Of a stretch of DNA of 64,000 nucleotides, positions 8,661 to 16,929 are shown piece after piece. The notes under the pieces were generated by a model. The model was not told the DNA's origin. It made no database searches and worked only from the letters and a program-made list of their open reading frames with translations. A program made the position numbers and the translations under genes. Numbering within the stretch: the first letter of the stretch is position 1; each line of letters begins with the position of its first letter. Origin of the DNA: Candidatus Polarisedimenticolia bacterium. GTDB lineage: Bacteria; Chloroflexota; Limnocylindria; Limnocylindrales; CSP1-4. The stretch covers positions 768-64,767 of the forward strand of contig DASRJS010000103.1 of the NCBI GenBank assembly GCA_035649355.1, read 5' to 3'.

Positions 8661-10223
8661 TCAGCCGTCCTGTGTCGTGCCTCCGGCGGGCCCGTTGCCG
8701 TGCAGCCCGAACCAGTTGACCGCACCACCAGCCGCGAGCAGCGCCGCTCCGACGAGCGCGGCGAGGTGATAGGCGTCCGTCGAGGCGATGCGGGCAGCGG
8801 CCGCGATGTCGGAACTCGTGCCATCGGTGGGTGGATTCAGCGGCTGGACGGTCGCGCGGAGCGACTCTGAGTTCGGATCCAGGCCCGGCACGAGGCTCGC
8901 GAGCGTCACGTAGAACGAGCCACTGACCACGATGAACACGATCGCCGAGAGCAGTGGCTGGCCAACGCGCGAGATGGCGTTGTTGATCGCCGAACCGAGG
9001 CCGGCGTTGCGGACGGGCACGCTCGACATCAGGGTGGTCGTCAGCGGCGCGACGACGAGCGAGATCCCGACCGCGAAGAGCAGGACGGCCGGCAGGACGT
9101 CGATGAACACGGACGCCGGCGGGACGGTCAAGCCCGCACCAACGCCGGCCGTCCACGGCGTGCTGTCGGCCGGGATGCGGGCCCACCACAGCATCCCCGC
9201 GGCCATGATCAGCGGCCCGATGGCCAGGAATCGTCGGGCGCCCATTCGACCAGCCAGGGCTCCGGCGCGCGCCGAGAACAGCGTGAGGATGATCCCGACC
9301 GGGAGCCCGGTCACCGCCGCGGCGAGCGGCGAGTAGCCGAGGATCCCCTGCAGGAACAGGCCCTGGAACCCGAAGTTCGCGTAGAGGGCGCCATAGATGA
9401 GCAGGGTCGAGAGGTTGACCACCGCGAAGTTCCGATTCTTGAACAGCGCCAGCGGCACGAGCGGGTTCGGCCGGCGGGCCATCAGGATGGGGAACGCGAC
9501 CGTCGCGACGACGCCCAGCGCGATCGCGATCCATGCGGCCTGGTCCGCCCAGCGCTTCTCCTGGCCGCGGACGAGCCCGAAGGCAAGCCCACCGATCGCG
9601 ACGGCTGCCACGAGCGAACCGAGCCAGTCGAATCCGCCCTTGGCCTCGTCATCGCGCGTTTCGGGCATGTAGCGAATGGCCAGCCAGATGGCCACCGCCA
9701 CGAGCGGGACGTTGACGAGGAACGCCGATCGCCAGCTCAGCGCCTCAACGAGGATGCCGCCGATCGGCGGGCCGAGCGTCGTCGTCGCGGAGGTCGCCGC
9801 GGCCCAGATCCCGAACGCGCGCCCGCGCTCTGGCCCTTCGAACAAGGCCGTGATGATCGAGAGCGAGCCGGGGACGAGCAATGCGCCGGCGGCGCCCTGG
9901 AGGACGCGCGCCAATGCCAGGATCTCGAGCGTCGGCGAAAGGCCGCAGAGCACGGACGTGGCACCGAATCCGGCCAGCCCGATGAGGAACATCCGACGGC
10001 GGCCGTAGAAGTCGCCGAGCGCACCGGCGAGGATGAGCAGCGCCGCCAGCGTGGCGAGGTAGCCCGAGGTGACGTACGTCTGGCCCTCGAGGGTGCCGAC
10101 GAGCGTCGCCGGTAGCTCGCGGCCGATCTGCGGCAGCGCGATGTTCACGATCGTGCCGTCGAGGAAGACGATCGACGATCCGAGGATCGCGGCGGCAAGG
10201 GTGCCGCGCTGGACGGGGGTCAT
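8661..10223 (-). CDS. MFS transporter, DHA2 (EmrB/QacA-like, 14-TM) family
   Basis: MTPVQRGTLAAAILGSSIVFLDGTIVNIALPQIG N-terminus typical of DHA2; multiple TM helices. The Arg-rich upstream extension of ORF 8661..10358 is rejected. Confidence 0.85.
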   Translation of the reverse strand: MTPVQRGTLAAAILGSSIVFLDGTIVNIALPQIGRELPATLVGTLEGQTYVTSGYLATLAALLILAGALGDFYGRRRMFLIGLAGFGATSVLCGLSPTLEILALARVLQGAAGALLVPGSLSIITALFEGPERGRAFGIWAAATSATTTLGPPIGGILVEALSWRSAFLVNVPLVAVAIWLAIRYMPETRDDEAKGGFDWLGSLVAAVAIGGLAFGLVRGQEKRWADQAAWIAIALGVVATVAFPILMARRPNPLVPLALFKNRNFAVVNLSTLLIYGALYANFGFQGLFLQGILGYSPLAAAVTGLPVGIILTLFSARAGALAGRMGARRFLAIGPLIMAAGMLWWARIPADSTPWTAGVGAGLTVPPASVFIDVLPAVLLFAVGISLVVAPLTTTLMSSVPVRNAGLGSAINNAISRVGQPLLSAIVFIVVSGSFYVTLASLVPGLDPNSESLRATVQPLNPPTDGTSSDIAAAARIASTDAYHLAALVGAALLAAGGAVNWFGLHGNGPAGGTTQDG

Positions 10224-10258
10224 CCGCCCGAGTGTAGGCCGCGGGCTAGACTCCGACC

Positions 10259-10966
10259 GTGCCCGGACCGGTGGCGCTCGTCGGCGCCGGAGAGTTCCTG
10301 CCGCAGATGGCCGAGGTGGACCGCGGGCTGCTCGCAGCCACGGGTCGGTCGCGGCCACGAGTGGCGATCCTGCCGACCGCGTCCGTGCCCGACGGCGAGG
10401 ACGTCTTCCAGCGCTGGGCGGCGATGGGCGTCCAGCACTTCTCGGCGCTGGGCGCCGAGGTCGAGCCTGTCCTCGTTCGCGATCGCGGCGGCGCCGCGGA
10501 CGAAGCGTTCGTCCAGGCCGTTGGCGAGGCGGATCTCATCTACCTCTCGGGCGGCAAGCCGGGGTTCCTGATGTCGACGATTGCGGGCACGCGGCTCGCC
10601 TCGATGATCCTCGAGGCGCACGCCCGCGGCGCGGTCGTCGCTGGTTGCTCGGCGGGCGCAATGGTCCTTGCCGCGCGGGTCCCGGGATTACGCGGCAGGG
10701 TCGTGCCGTGGCCGATTCGCTGGCGGCCTGGCCTCGGGCTCGTCCCTGGCGCGGCGGTCCTGCCGCACTACGACGCCTGGCCGGAGCCGTTCTCGGCGCT
10801 CATGGCCCTGCAGGCGCCGCGCGGCATTGCGATGATCGGGATCGACGAGGACACCGCGATCATCGGCCGCGACGGCTCATGGCAGGTCCAGGGTCGGGCG
10901 CGGGCCACCGTCTGGCGAGGCCGCCACCGCGAGCGCTTCCGGCGCGGCGAGGTGTTCCGCATTTAG
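10259..10966 (+). CDS. peptidase S51 / cyanophycinase-like (type 1 glutamine amidotransferase-like) protein
   Basis: LIYLSGGKPGFL and VAGCSAGAMVLA (nucleophile Ser) motifs. GTG start lies 6 nt after TAGACT (10247-10252), suggesting a leaderless mRNA. Confidence 0.75.
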   Translation: MPGPVALVGAGEFLPQMAEVDRGLLAATGRSRPRVAILPTASVPDGEDVFQRWAAMGVQHFSALGAEVEPVLVRDRGGAADEAFVQAVGEADLIYLSGGKPGFLMSTIAGTRLASMILEAHARGAVVAGCSAGAMVLAARVPGLRGRVVPWPIRWRPGLGLVPGAAVLPHYDAWPEPFSALMALQAPRGIAMIGIDEDTAIIGRDGSWQVQGRARATVWRGRHRERFRRGEVFRI

Positions 10967-11222
10967 TTGAGCCTCGGCCCCGTCGACGACTGTGCTGGGC
11001 CAGCACCACTGAGACGTGGTGCGCTCGAATTCGGTTCGTTTGGTGCTTCCAGCGCAAGCGTCAGCACGAAACTAGGCCACATGGCCGTCGAATCGGCAGC
11101 CGAAGTGCGATTCGGGTCGCAATGGTGTACCTGGAGCACATCCGAGATCTTCTAGACGCGGGCGAGCATGCCGCGCGGCCCGCGGGTCCACTCTCGCATG
11201 AAGCTCGCTTCATAAGCCGGCG

Positions 11223-11249
11223 CCCCGCCACCGGGCACCCCGCCACCGG
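11223..11249. repeat. direct repeat CCCCGCCACCGG x2 (3-nt spacer)
   Basis: Exact 12-mers at 11223-11234 and 11238-11249, in a non-coding convergent intergenic region. Confidence 0.8.
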
Positions 11250-11270
11250 CCGCTATGAACGGAGACTCAT

Positions 11271-11337
11271 ACCGATGAGGACGGTCAGCTGAGGTCGCGA
11301 GCCTCGAACACCGATAAGGACGGTCAGCTGAGGTCGC
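11271..11337. repeat. 28-nt direct repeat x2 (ACCGAT[G/A]AGGACGGTCAGCTGAGGTCGC), 39-bp period
   Basis: Copies at 11271-11298 and 11310-11337 differ at 1 position. They lie just 3' of the zinc-ribbon gene stop (11353). Confidence 0.85.
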
Positions 11338-11352
11338 CAGCCGCGAACGAAG

Positions 11353-11694
11353 TCAGGCCGGGCGGATCTTGCGGAAGCAGTCCGAGCAGTAGACCGGCCG
11401 GTCCATCCGGGGCTTGAACGGGACCTGGGCCTGATTGCCGCACTCGGAGCAGAGGACGGCAAAGTACTCGCGGTCGGGTCGGTCGCCGCCACGCTCGTAG
11501 CCGCGCGGCCCGCCGATGTCGCGGGCGTCATAGCCGCCACCGTCGCGTGCTGCGCGCCGGCTGGCGCGGCAGCTGACGCAGCGCTTCGGGTCGGACACGA
11601 AGCCCTTTTCCGCGTAGTAGCGCTGATCGTCCGCGGAATGGATGAACTCGACGCCGCAGTCGACGCAGGCGACAGTCCGATCAACGTAGGTCAC
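11353..11694 (-). CDS. zinc-ribbon protein (N-terminal CxxC...CxxC, C-terminal CxxC-x17-CxxC ribbon, Gly/Arg-rich linker)
   Basis: CVDCG..CVSCR and CSECG-x17-CSDCF motifs. GTG 11694 is preceded by GGGGAGG at 7-nt spacing. The ORF track gives an alternative ATG at 11730. Confidence 0.75.
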   Translation of the reverse strand: MTYVDRTVACVDCGVEFIHSADDQRYYAEKGFVSDPKRCVSCRASRRAARDGGGYDARDIGGPRGYERGGDRPDREYFAVLCSECGNQAQVPFKPRMDRPVYCSDCFRKIRPA

Positions 11695-11916
11695 TTCATA
11701 CCTCCCCGAGCGCGGTGCTCCGGCTGGCAACGACGGGGACGGTGGCGCCGGGTGGACGCGACGTCGGGAGGGGAGCCGGGGCCGCGCGAGCCTGGTGCCG
11801 ATATGGAGTCCCAGTCGGGGCCGACCGGTGAGAACGATTGGCCGTCAGGGTACAACGGCTCGCCGGAACCCGCCGCCGACGGACTCTGCGCCAGGACCCG
11901 GGAGCGGCCGACCGGC

Positions 11917-11935
11917 GTGACAGGCGACCTGTCAC
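11917..11935. promoter_or_regulatory. perfect 8-3-8 palindrome GTGACAGG-cga-CCTGTCAC (operator-like)
   Basis: Seen directly. Located about 170 nt upstream of sbcD in the 370-nt divergent region between the zinc-ribbon gene and sbcD. Confidence 0.4.
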
Positions 11936-12103
11936 AATTGCGCCCGACGATCGCGGCCGGCGAACGGGGAGCAATGGGGGCGCCCCAGCCGCCAGGACCG
12001 GCGGGCCGCGTCCGAGCCGTCTTCACGGATGGCGCGGGCAGGCCCGGCGGACCACCACTGAACCGGCCGCAGCAAACGAACGAACGAGGGACTGCCAGGC
12101 CGG

Positions 12104-13264
12104 ATGCTGCGACTCCTGCACACCGCGGACGTTCACCTCGGCGCCCGCCACGCCGACCTCGGGACGCAGGCTGCGGCACAGCGCGAACGTCAGTTCGATG
12201 CCTTCCGCGCGACGGTCGATCTCGCCCTCACCGAGAAGGTCGACGCCGTCCTGATCGCCGGCGACCTGTTCGATTCGAACACCCAGCCGAAGCGCTCGGT
12301 CGAGCGCGTCGCTGCGGAGCTCAAGCGGCTCGTCGACGCCCGCATTCGGACGTTCATCGTCCCCGGAACGCACGACGTCTACGACCGCGCCTCCGTGTAT
12401 CGGGCGTACGACATCGCCGCGATGGCCGGCGCCGTGGGTACGGACCTCGTCACCGTCCTGACGCCGGACGCGCCGAGGGTCGTCGTCAAGCCGCTCAACG
12501 CGGTCATCTACGGCCGCTGCTTCGAAACAAAGCGGGCGCCGACCTCGCCGTTCGCCGGCTTCGACGCCGCAGCGGACGAGGACTGGACCTGGCAGATCGG
12601 GCTCATCCACGGCGCGCTCGCGATCCCCGAGAAGACCGACGGCGACGACGTCGTGTTCACGAGGGACGAGATTCGCGCAAGCGGCCTCGACTACCTGGCG
12701 CTCGGCCACTGGCACTCAACGCAGCAGGGCACGGCCGGCGAAACGACGTACGCGTACTCAGGGGCGCCCGAACCGGTCGCGATCGACCAGGACAAGGCCG
12801 GCTCCGTGCTGCTCGTCACCCTCGACGAGCGTGACGGCAAGAAGACCGTCACGATCGAGCCGAAGACGGTCGGCCGGACGCGCTTCGAGCATCTCGACGT
12901 CGATGCGGCACGGGCGGCGACCCAGCCGGCGCTCGTCGACATGATCAACAAGAAGGCCGACAAGGACCTCGTCCTCGACGTCCGCCTGACGGGCGTCCGA
13001 CCGGATTCGCTCGATCTCGACGTCGACGAGGTCGTCGCTGCCATGTCGCCGAAGTTCCTCAAGCTCCGCCTCCGTGACCAGTCGACGCCGCCGCTCACCG
13101 AGGGCCCGATTCCCTCCGCGGAGACGATCCTCGGCTCGTTCATCCGCGATACCGAGGCGAAGATCGCGGAGCTCGAGGCGACCGACGATCCCGCGGCGGC
13201 CGAGTGGCGCGACGTCCTCCGCCTCGGCCGCCTCCTCCTGTCCGGCGCGGAAGTGACGCTGTGA
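12104..13264 (+). CDS. sbcD: DNA repair exonuclease SbcD/Mre11-like metallophosphoesterase
   Basis: MLRLLHTADVHLGARH start, GDLFD, GTHD, ALGHWH phosphoesterase motifs; 386 aa. Confidence 0.88.
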   Translation: MLRLLHTADVHLGARHADLGTQAAAQRERQFDAFRATVDLALTEKVDAVLIAGDLFDSNTQPKRSVERVAAELKRLVDARIRTFIVPGTHDVYDRASVYRAYDIAAMAGAVGTDLVTVLTPDAPRVVVKPLNAVIYGRCFETKRAPTSPFAGFDAAADEDWTWQIGLIHGALAIPEKTDGDDVVFTRDEIRASGLDYLALGHWHSTQQGTAGETTYAYSGAPEPVAIDQDKAGSVLLVTLDERDGKKTVTIEPKTVGRTRFEHLDVDAARAATQPALVDMINKKADKDLVLDVRLTGVRPDSLDLDVDEVVAAMSPKFLKLRLRDQSTPPLTEGPIPSAETILGSFIRDTEAKIAELEATDDPAAAEWRDVLRLGRLLLSGAEVTL

Positions 13265-15444
13265 AGATCAAGCGGCTCCAGCTCCGCGACGTCCGCCGCT
13301 ACGTCGAGCTCGACATCGACCTGTCGCCCGGCCTGACGGTCGTGCGCGGTCCGAACGAGGCCGGCAAGTCGACGATCCAGCGGGCGATCGAGCTCGCGCT
13401 CACCCGTCGCGCAACGTCGGCGTCAGGCGACCTCGATGCCCTCAAGCGCTGGGACGCCGGGGCCGACGCACGACCCGAGATCCAGATCGAGTTCGACCAG
13501 GAGGACGACGACGGCGTTCGGCCGGGCAAGCTCACGAAGGCATTCCGCGGCGCTCGTGGCAGCGTTGACCTCGACTACGACGGCCAGGCGATCAACGATC
13601 CGGCGCTCGCCGACCAGGTCCTCGCCGAGCTGACGGGCATTCCCAGCGAGGGCTTCTTCCGCTCGACCGCGTCGGTCCGCCACCACGAGGTTGCCGTGGT
13701 CGACCGCGACGAGGCGGCGCTCCGCGACCGGCTCCAGGCGTCGCTCAGCGGCGCGGATCGCGGCACGAGCCGGGCGAAGCGAAAGCTCGACCGGGCGCTT
13801 CACGATCTGAACACGCGCGGCGACAAGAACCCCGGGCAGCTCAAGCAGGCCGAGTACACCGTCGCCCTCGAGACCGAGGCGGTCAACAACGGCGAAGTCG
13901 GACTCGTTGCGCTGGAGCGCGACCGTGACACGCTCGTGGTCGCGCGGACCACGCGTGCCGCGGCGGAGTCGCATCGCGACGAGACGCGTTCGCTGCTCGA
14001 GAAGGCGCGCCAGGCCGAGCGGCTGATCACGGAGCGCGACGCCGCACAGGAACGCTTCGAGCGGTATCGCACGGCCGTCCAGGTGCGCGACGAGCTCGAA
14101 GAGCTCCGCGGCAGCCACCCGTCGCGCAACCCATTGAGCGTCCTCCGCAAGACCGTCGAACGGCTGCGCGAGCTCGACGGCCGGATGCGTGAGCTGCGGG
14201 CGATGCTGTCAGGCGAGATCGAGGTCCGCTACGAGGTCGCGGCGCCGGAACCCGCGGCCTGGCGACCCACGGCGATCGCGGCGGTTGCGGCGATCCTGAT
14301 CGGGCTCATCATCGCCGGCGCGTCCGCGATCAACGCCATCAGCATCCCGTTCGGCGTCTACATCGGCCTCGTCTTCGCGACCGTCGGCGCCGTGCTCGGG
14401 TTCGTGGGTCGCCGCCAGCGCCAGAGCGCCCAGGGCTTCGAGAACCAGAAGTCGCTCCAGGAGTCCGAGGTCGACCGGCGCCTTCGCGGCCGCTCGCTCC
14501 TCGAGCAGGAGCTGACCGAGCGTGAGCTCGTCTTCGCGAACGAGCTGTCCGGCCTCGAGCTGCCCGACATGGTTTCGGCCGAGGAGCTGCTCCGGGCCGA
14601 GGAGGAGCACGTCGGCAAGATCGACCGGCTGACCGCACAGCTCGAGGGGCTCGTGGGCCGCGAGCCGCCCGAGACGCTCGCCGACATCCGCGATGCCGCC
14701 GCGCTCGAGGAACACCAGAAGTCGAGCGCCATCGAGGCGCTCGGGCCGATCGCGAAGGAGCCACGGGCCCGCGAACGGCTCGAAGGCGAGGTCACCGAGG
14801 CCGAGCGGACGCTCGAGGCCGCGCGCGACGACGAGGCTGCCGCCCGGGCGCGAGTCGAGGCAAATACCGTCGACGCCGAGGAGGTCGCCGGGCATGTCGA
14901 ACGCCTTGCCGAGGCTCGCGAGACGCTGGCCGCGGCCGAGCGCCGGGCCCGTGTCTACGCGGCCACGCTGCGCGGGATCGACGAGGCGGAGCGGGCGACG
15001 ATGCGCCGGGCCACGCGCTACCTCGAGCGGACGATGGTCCGCGACATCGAGCGGGTGACCGAGGGCCGCTACCGGCGCGTCCGGGTCAACGACCAGACGC
15101 TCGGGATCGAGCTGTTCGCGCCAGAGCGCGGCGACTGGGTCGACGTCTCGTCGCTGAGCCAGGGCACGCTGGACCTCGTCTACCTCGCCGCCCGGCTCGG
15201 CCTCGTCCGGCTCGTCACCGGCGACCGCCGCCCGCCGCTCATCTTCGACGACCCGTTCGTGACGCTCGACGATGAGCGCGCCGCGCGGGCCCTGATCCTC
15301 CTGCGCGAGATCAGCCGCGACTTCCAGGTCATCTACCTGACGACCTCGGATCGCTACGACTCGGCCGCGGACTCGGTGGTCGTCCTCGACGGCCCGACGC
15401 TCCGCGACGATGCCGCCCCCGTCGAGGAGGTCGCGGCCGGCTGA
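13261..15444 (+). CDS. SbcC/Rad50-like AAA ATPase with two central transmembrane helices (YhaN/SbcE-like)
   Basis: GTG 13261 overlaps the sbcD stop (GTGA). Walker A GPNEAGKST, long coiled coils, TM pair (TAIAAVAAILIGLIIAGA / GVYIGLVFATVGAVLGFV), signature LSQGT, Walker B LIFDDPF. Confidence 0.85.
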   Translation: MKIKRLQLRDVRRYVELDIDLSPGLTVVRGPNEAGKSTIQRAIELALTRRATSASGDLDALKRWDAGADARPEIQIEFDQEDDDGVRPGKLTKAFRGARGSVDLDYDGQAINDPALADQVLAELTGIPSEGFFRSTASVRHHEVAVVDRDEAALRDRLQASLSGADRGTSRAKRKLDRALHDLNTRGDKNPGQLKQAEYTVALETEAVNNGEVGLVALERDRDTLVVARTTRAAAESHRDETRSLLEKARQAERLITERDAAQERFERYRTAVQVRDELEELRGSHPSRNPLSVLRKTVERLRELDGRMRELRAMLSGEIEVRYEVAAPEPAAWRPTAIAAVAAILIGLIIAGASAINAISIPFGVYIGLVFATVGAVLGFVGRRQRQSAQGFENQKSLQESEVDRRLRGRSLLEQELTERELVFANELSGLELPDMVSAEELLRAEEEHVGKIDRLTAQLEGLVGREPPETLADIRDAAALEEHQKSSAIEALGPIAKEPRARERLEGEVTEAERTLEAARDDEAAARARVEANTVDAEEVAGHVERLAEARETLAAAERRARVYAATLRGIDEAERATMRRATRYLERTMVRDIERVTEGRYRRVRVNDQTLGIELFAPERGDWVDVSSLSQGTLDLVYLAARLGLVRLVTGDRRPPLIFDDPFVTLDDERAARALILLREISRDFQVIYLTTSDRYDSAADSVVVLDGPTLRDDAAPVEEVAAG

Positions 15445-15469
15445 TCGCCGCCGTCTTCACGATCCGCTG

Positions 15470-16333
15470 ATGCCCGAGGTCCTGCCGGCCGCGCCCGTCG
15501 TTGTTCTGGGCCTCGCGGCCGCGCTGGCCTGGGGCGCCGGCGACTTCGCCGGCGGGTTGGCAAGCCGAACGGCGCCGCTGCTCGGCGTGACGCTGTTCGT
15601 GCAGGGCATCGGGATCGTGCTTGCCTTCGGCCTCTGGGTCTGGCAGGGCGAGGCCGTGCCCGGTCCGAGCGACATTGCCTGGGCCACGCTCGCCGGGATC
15701 ACGGCGGCGGCCGGTATCGCCGGCTTGTACGGCGCGCTGGCCGCCGGCTCGATGAGCGTGGTCGCGCCGCTCGTCGGCGTCCTCGGCGCGAGCGTGCCCG
15801 TTGCGGTTGGCCTGGCGCTCGAAGGACTGCCGTCATGGCTCGCCCTTGCCGGCATCGCGTTGGCGCTCGTGGCCGTTGTCCTCGTGGGCGGCGCGGCGTC
15901 AGCCGGTGGCGGCGGCGGACGCCGCGGTCTCTGGCTCGGGCTGATGGGCGGCGCCGGGATCGGTGTCTACTCGGTCGCGGTGTCGCGCTTCGCCGACGAC
16001 CTCGTGTTCGGCCCGCTGTTCATCACCCGCCTCGTGGCGACCATCGTGTTTGTCATCGTGATCGCCCTGACGCGCGGCGCCTGGCGGCTGCCGCGACCAG
16101 CCTGGGCCCTCGTGGCCGGCGTGGCCCTCATCGACCTCCTGGGCAACGCCGCGTTCGTCCTCGCGACCCAGCTCGGCGACCTGGCCGTGGCGACGGTCCT
16201 CGGCGCGCTCTATCCGGTCGCGACGGTCCTTCTGGCGGCGGTCGTGCTCAAGGAGCGAATCACGCCGCGGCACGCGATCGGGATTGCCGCCGCGGCGATC
16301 GCGATCGGCTGCATCGCCGCCGGTTCTGGCTGA
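15470..16333 (+). CDS. EamA/DMT family transporter
   Basis: 10-TM hydrophobic protein with an AALAWGAGDFAGG motif. ATG 15470 was chosen to avoid overlap with the upstream gene. Confidence 0.8.
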   Translation: MPEVLPAAPVVVLGLAAALAWGAGDFAGGLASRTAPLLGVTLFVQGIGIVLAFGLWVWQGEAVPGPSDIAWATLAGITAAAGIAGLYGALAAGSMSVVAPLVGVLGASVPVAVGLALEGLPSWLALAGIALALVAVVLVGGAASAGGGGGRRGLWLGLMGGAGIGVYSVAVSRFADDLVFGPLFITRLVATIVFVIVIALTRGAWRLPRPAWALVAGVALIDLLGNAAFVLATQLGDLAVATVLGALYPVATVLLAAVVLKERITPRHAIGIAAAAIAIGCIAAGSG

Positions 16334-16368
16334 GCCGTCCGGGCTGAGCGCCCGCCCGCGCTGAGGCC

Positions 16369-16902
16369 CTACCGCGCCGGACCGCTGCTCCGCAGAATGA
16401 CGAGGCTCTCCAGTGCGTCGGGGTCGCGAATCACGTAGACGGCGTCGAAGCCCTCGCTCTCGATGCGCTTCGAGTCCAGCTCGGAGCGCAACTCGGCCAG
16501 GTGGCGTGACACGACCGCGGCGTCGACGACGCGACCGTCGCGGCCGTCGTTGCGGGCGCGCACGACCTCGGGCGGCAGGTCAAGGGCGATCGCAACCGCG
16601 GGCACCTTCGCGGCCCGCGCTCGGTTGAGGAGCTCGCGCCGCGCCCCGGGCCTCAGGTTCGTCGCGTCGACGACCGCCGTGCCGCTCCCGTTCAGCCGCC
16701 GCTCGAGGTCGCGATGCAGCCGAGCAAAGGCCGGTCCGGTGACCGACTGGTCCGCCTCGTCGCCCGAGATCATCTCGCGGTAGCGGTCCGACGAGAGGAT
16801 CTCGCGATCGTCGAAGAACCGGCCCGCCAGCGTTGTCTTGCCGGATCCCGCCGGCCCGACAAGCACGACGAGGCATGGCTCATGAAGTCGGATCGCGTCC
16901 AT
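16369..16902 (-). CDS. P-loop kinase (AAA_33 / polynucleotide kinase-like)
   Basis: VVLVGPAGSGKTTLAGRFF Walker A; 177 aa. Confidence 0.75.
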   Translation of the reverse strand: MDAIRLHEPCLVVLVGPAGSGKTTLAGRFFDDREILSSDRYREMISGDEADQSVTGPAFARLHRDLERRLNGSGTAVVDATNLRPGARRELLNRARAAKVPAVAIALDLPPEVVRARNDGRDGRVVDAAVVSRHLAELRSELDSKRIESEGFDAVYVIRDPDALESLVILRSSGPAR

Positions 16903-16929
16903 CGAGCCGGGGCGGCTGGCGGTCCCGGC

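Noticed and set aside
11271-11337. 28-nt direct repeats as a possible CRISPR array
   Set aside because: There are only two copies with an 11-nt spacer, no cas genes in the window, and no repeat palindromicity typical of CRISPR. They are reported as a simple direct repeat instead.
11638-12834. 398-aa ORF spanning the gene-free region upstream of sbcD and continuing out of frame through sbcD
   Set aside because: It overlaps sbcD for about 730 nt in another frame, has a low-complexity Arg/Pro/Gly-rich product, and has no RBS. The first about 80 codons have fairly high GC3, so a short real ORF cannot be fully excluded, but no in-frame stop occurs before sbcD.
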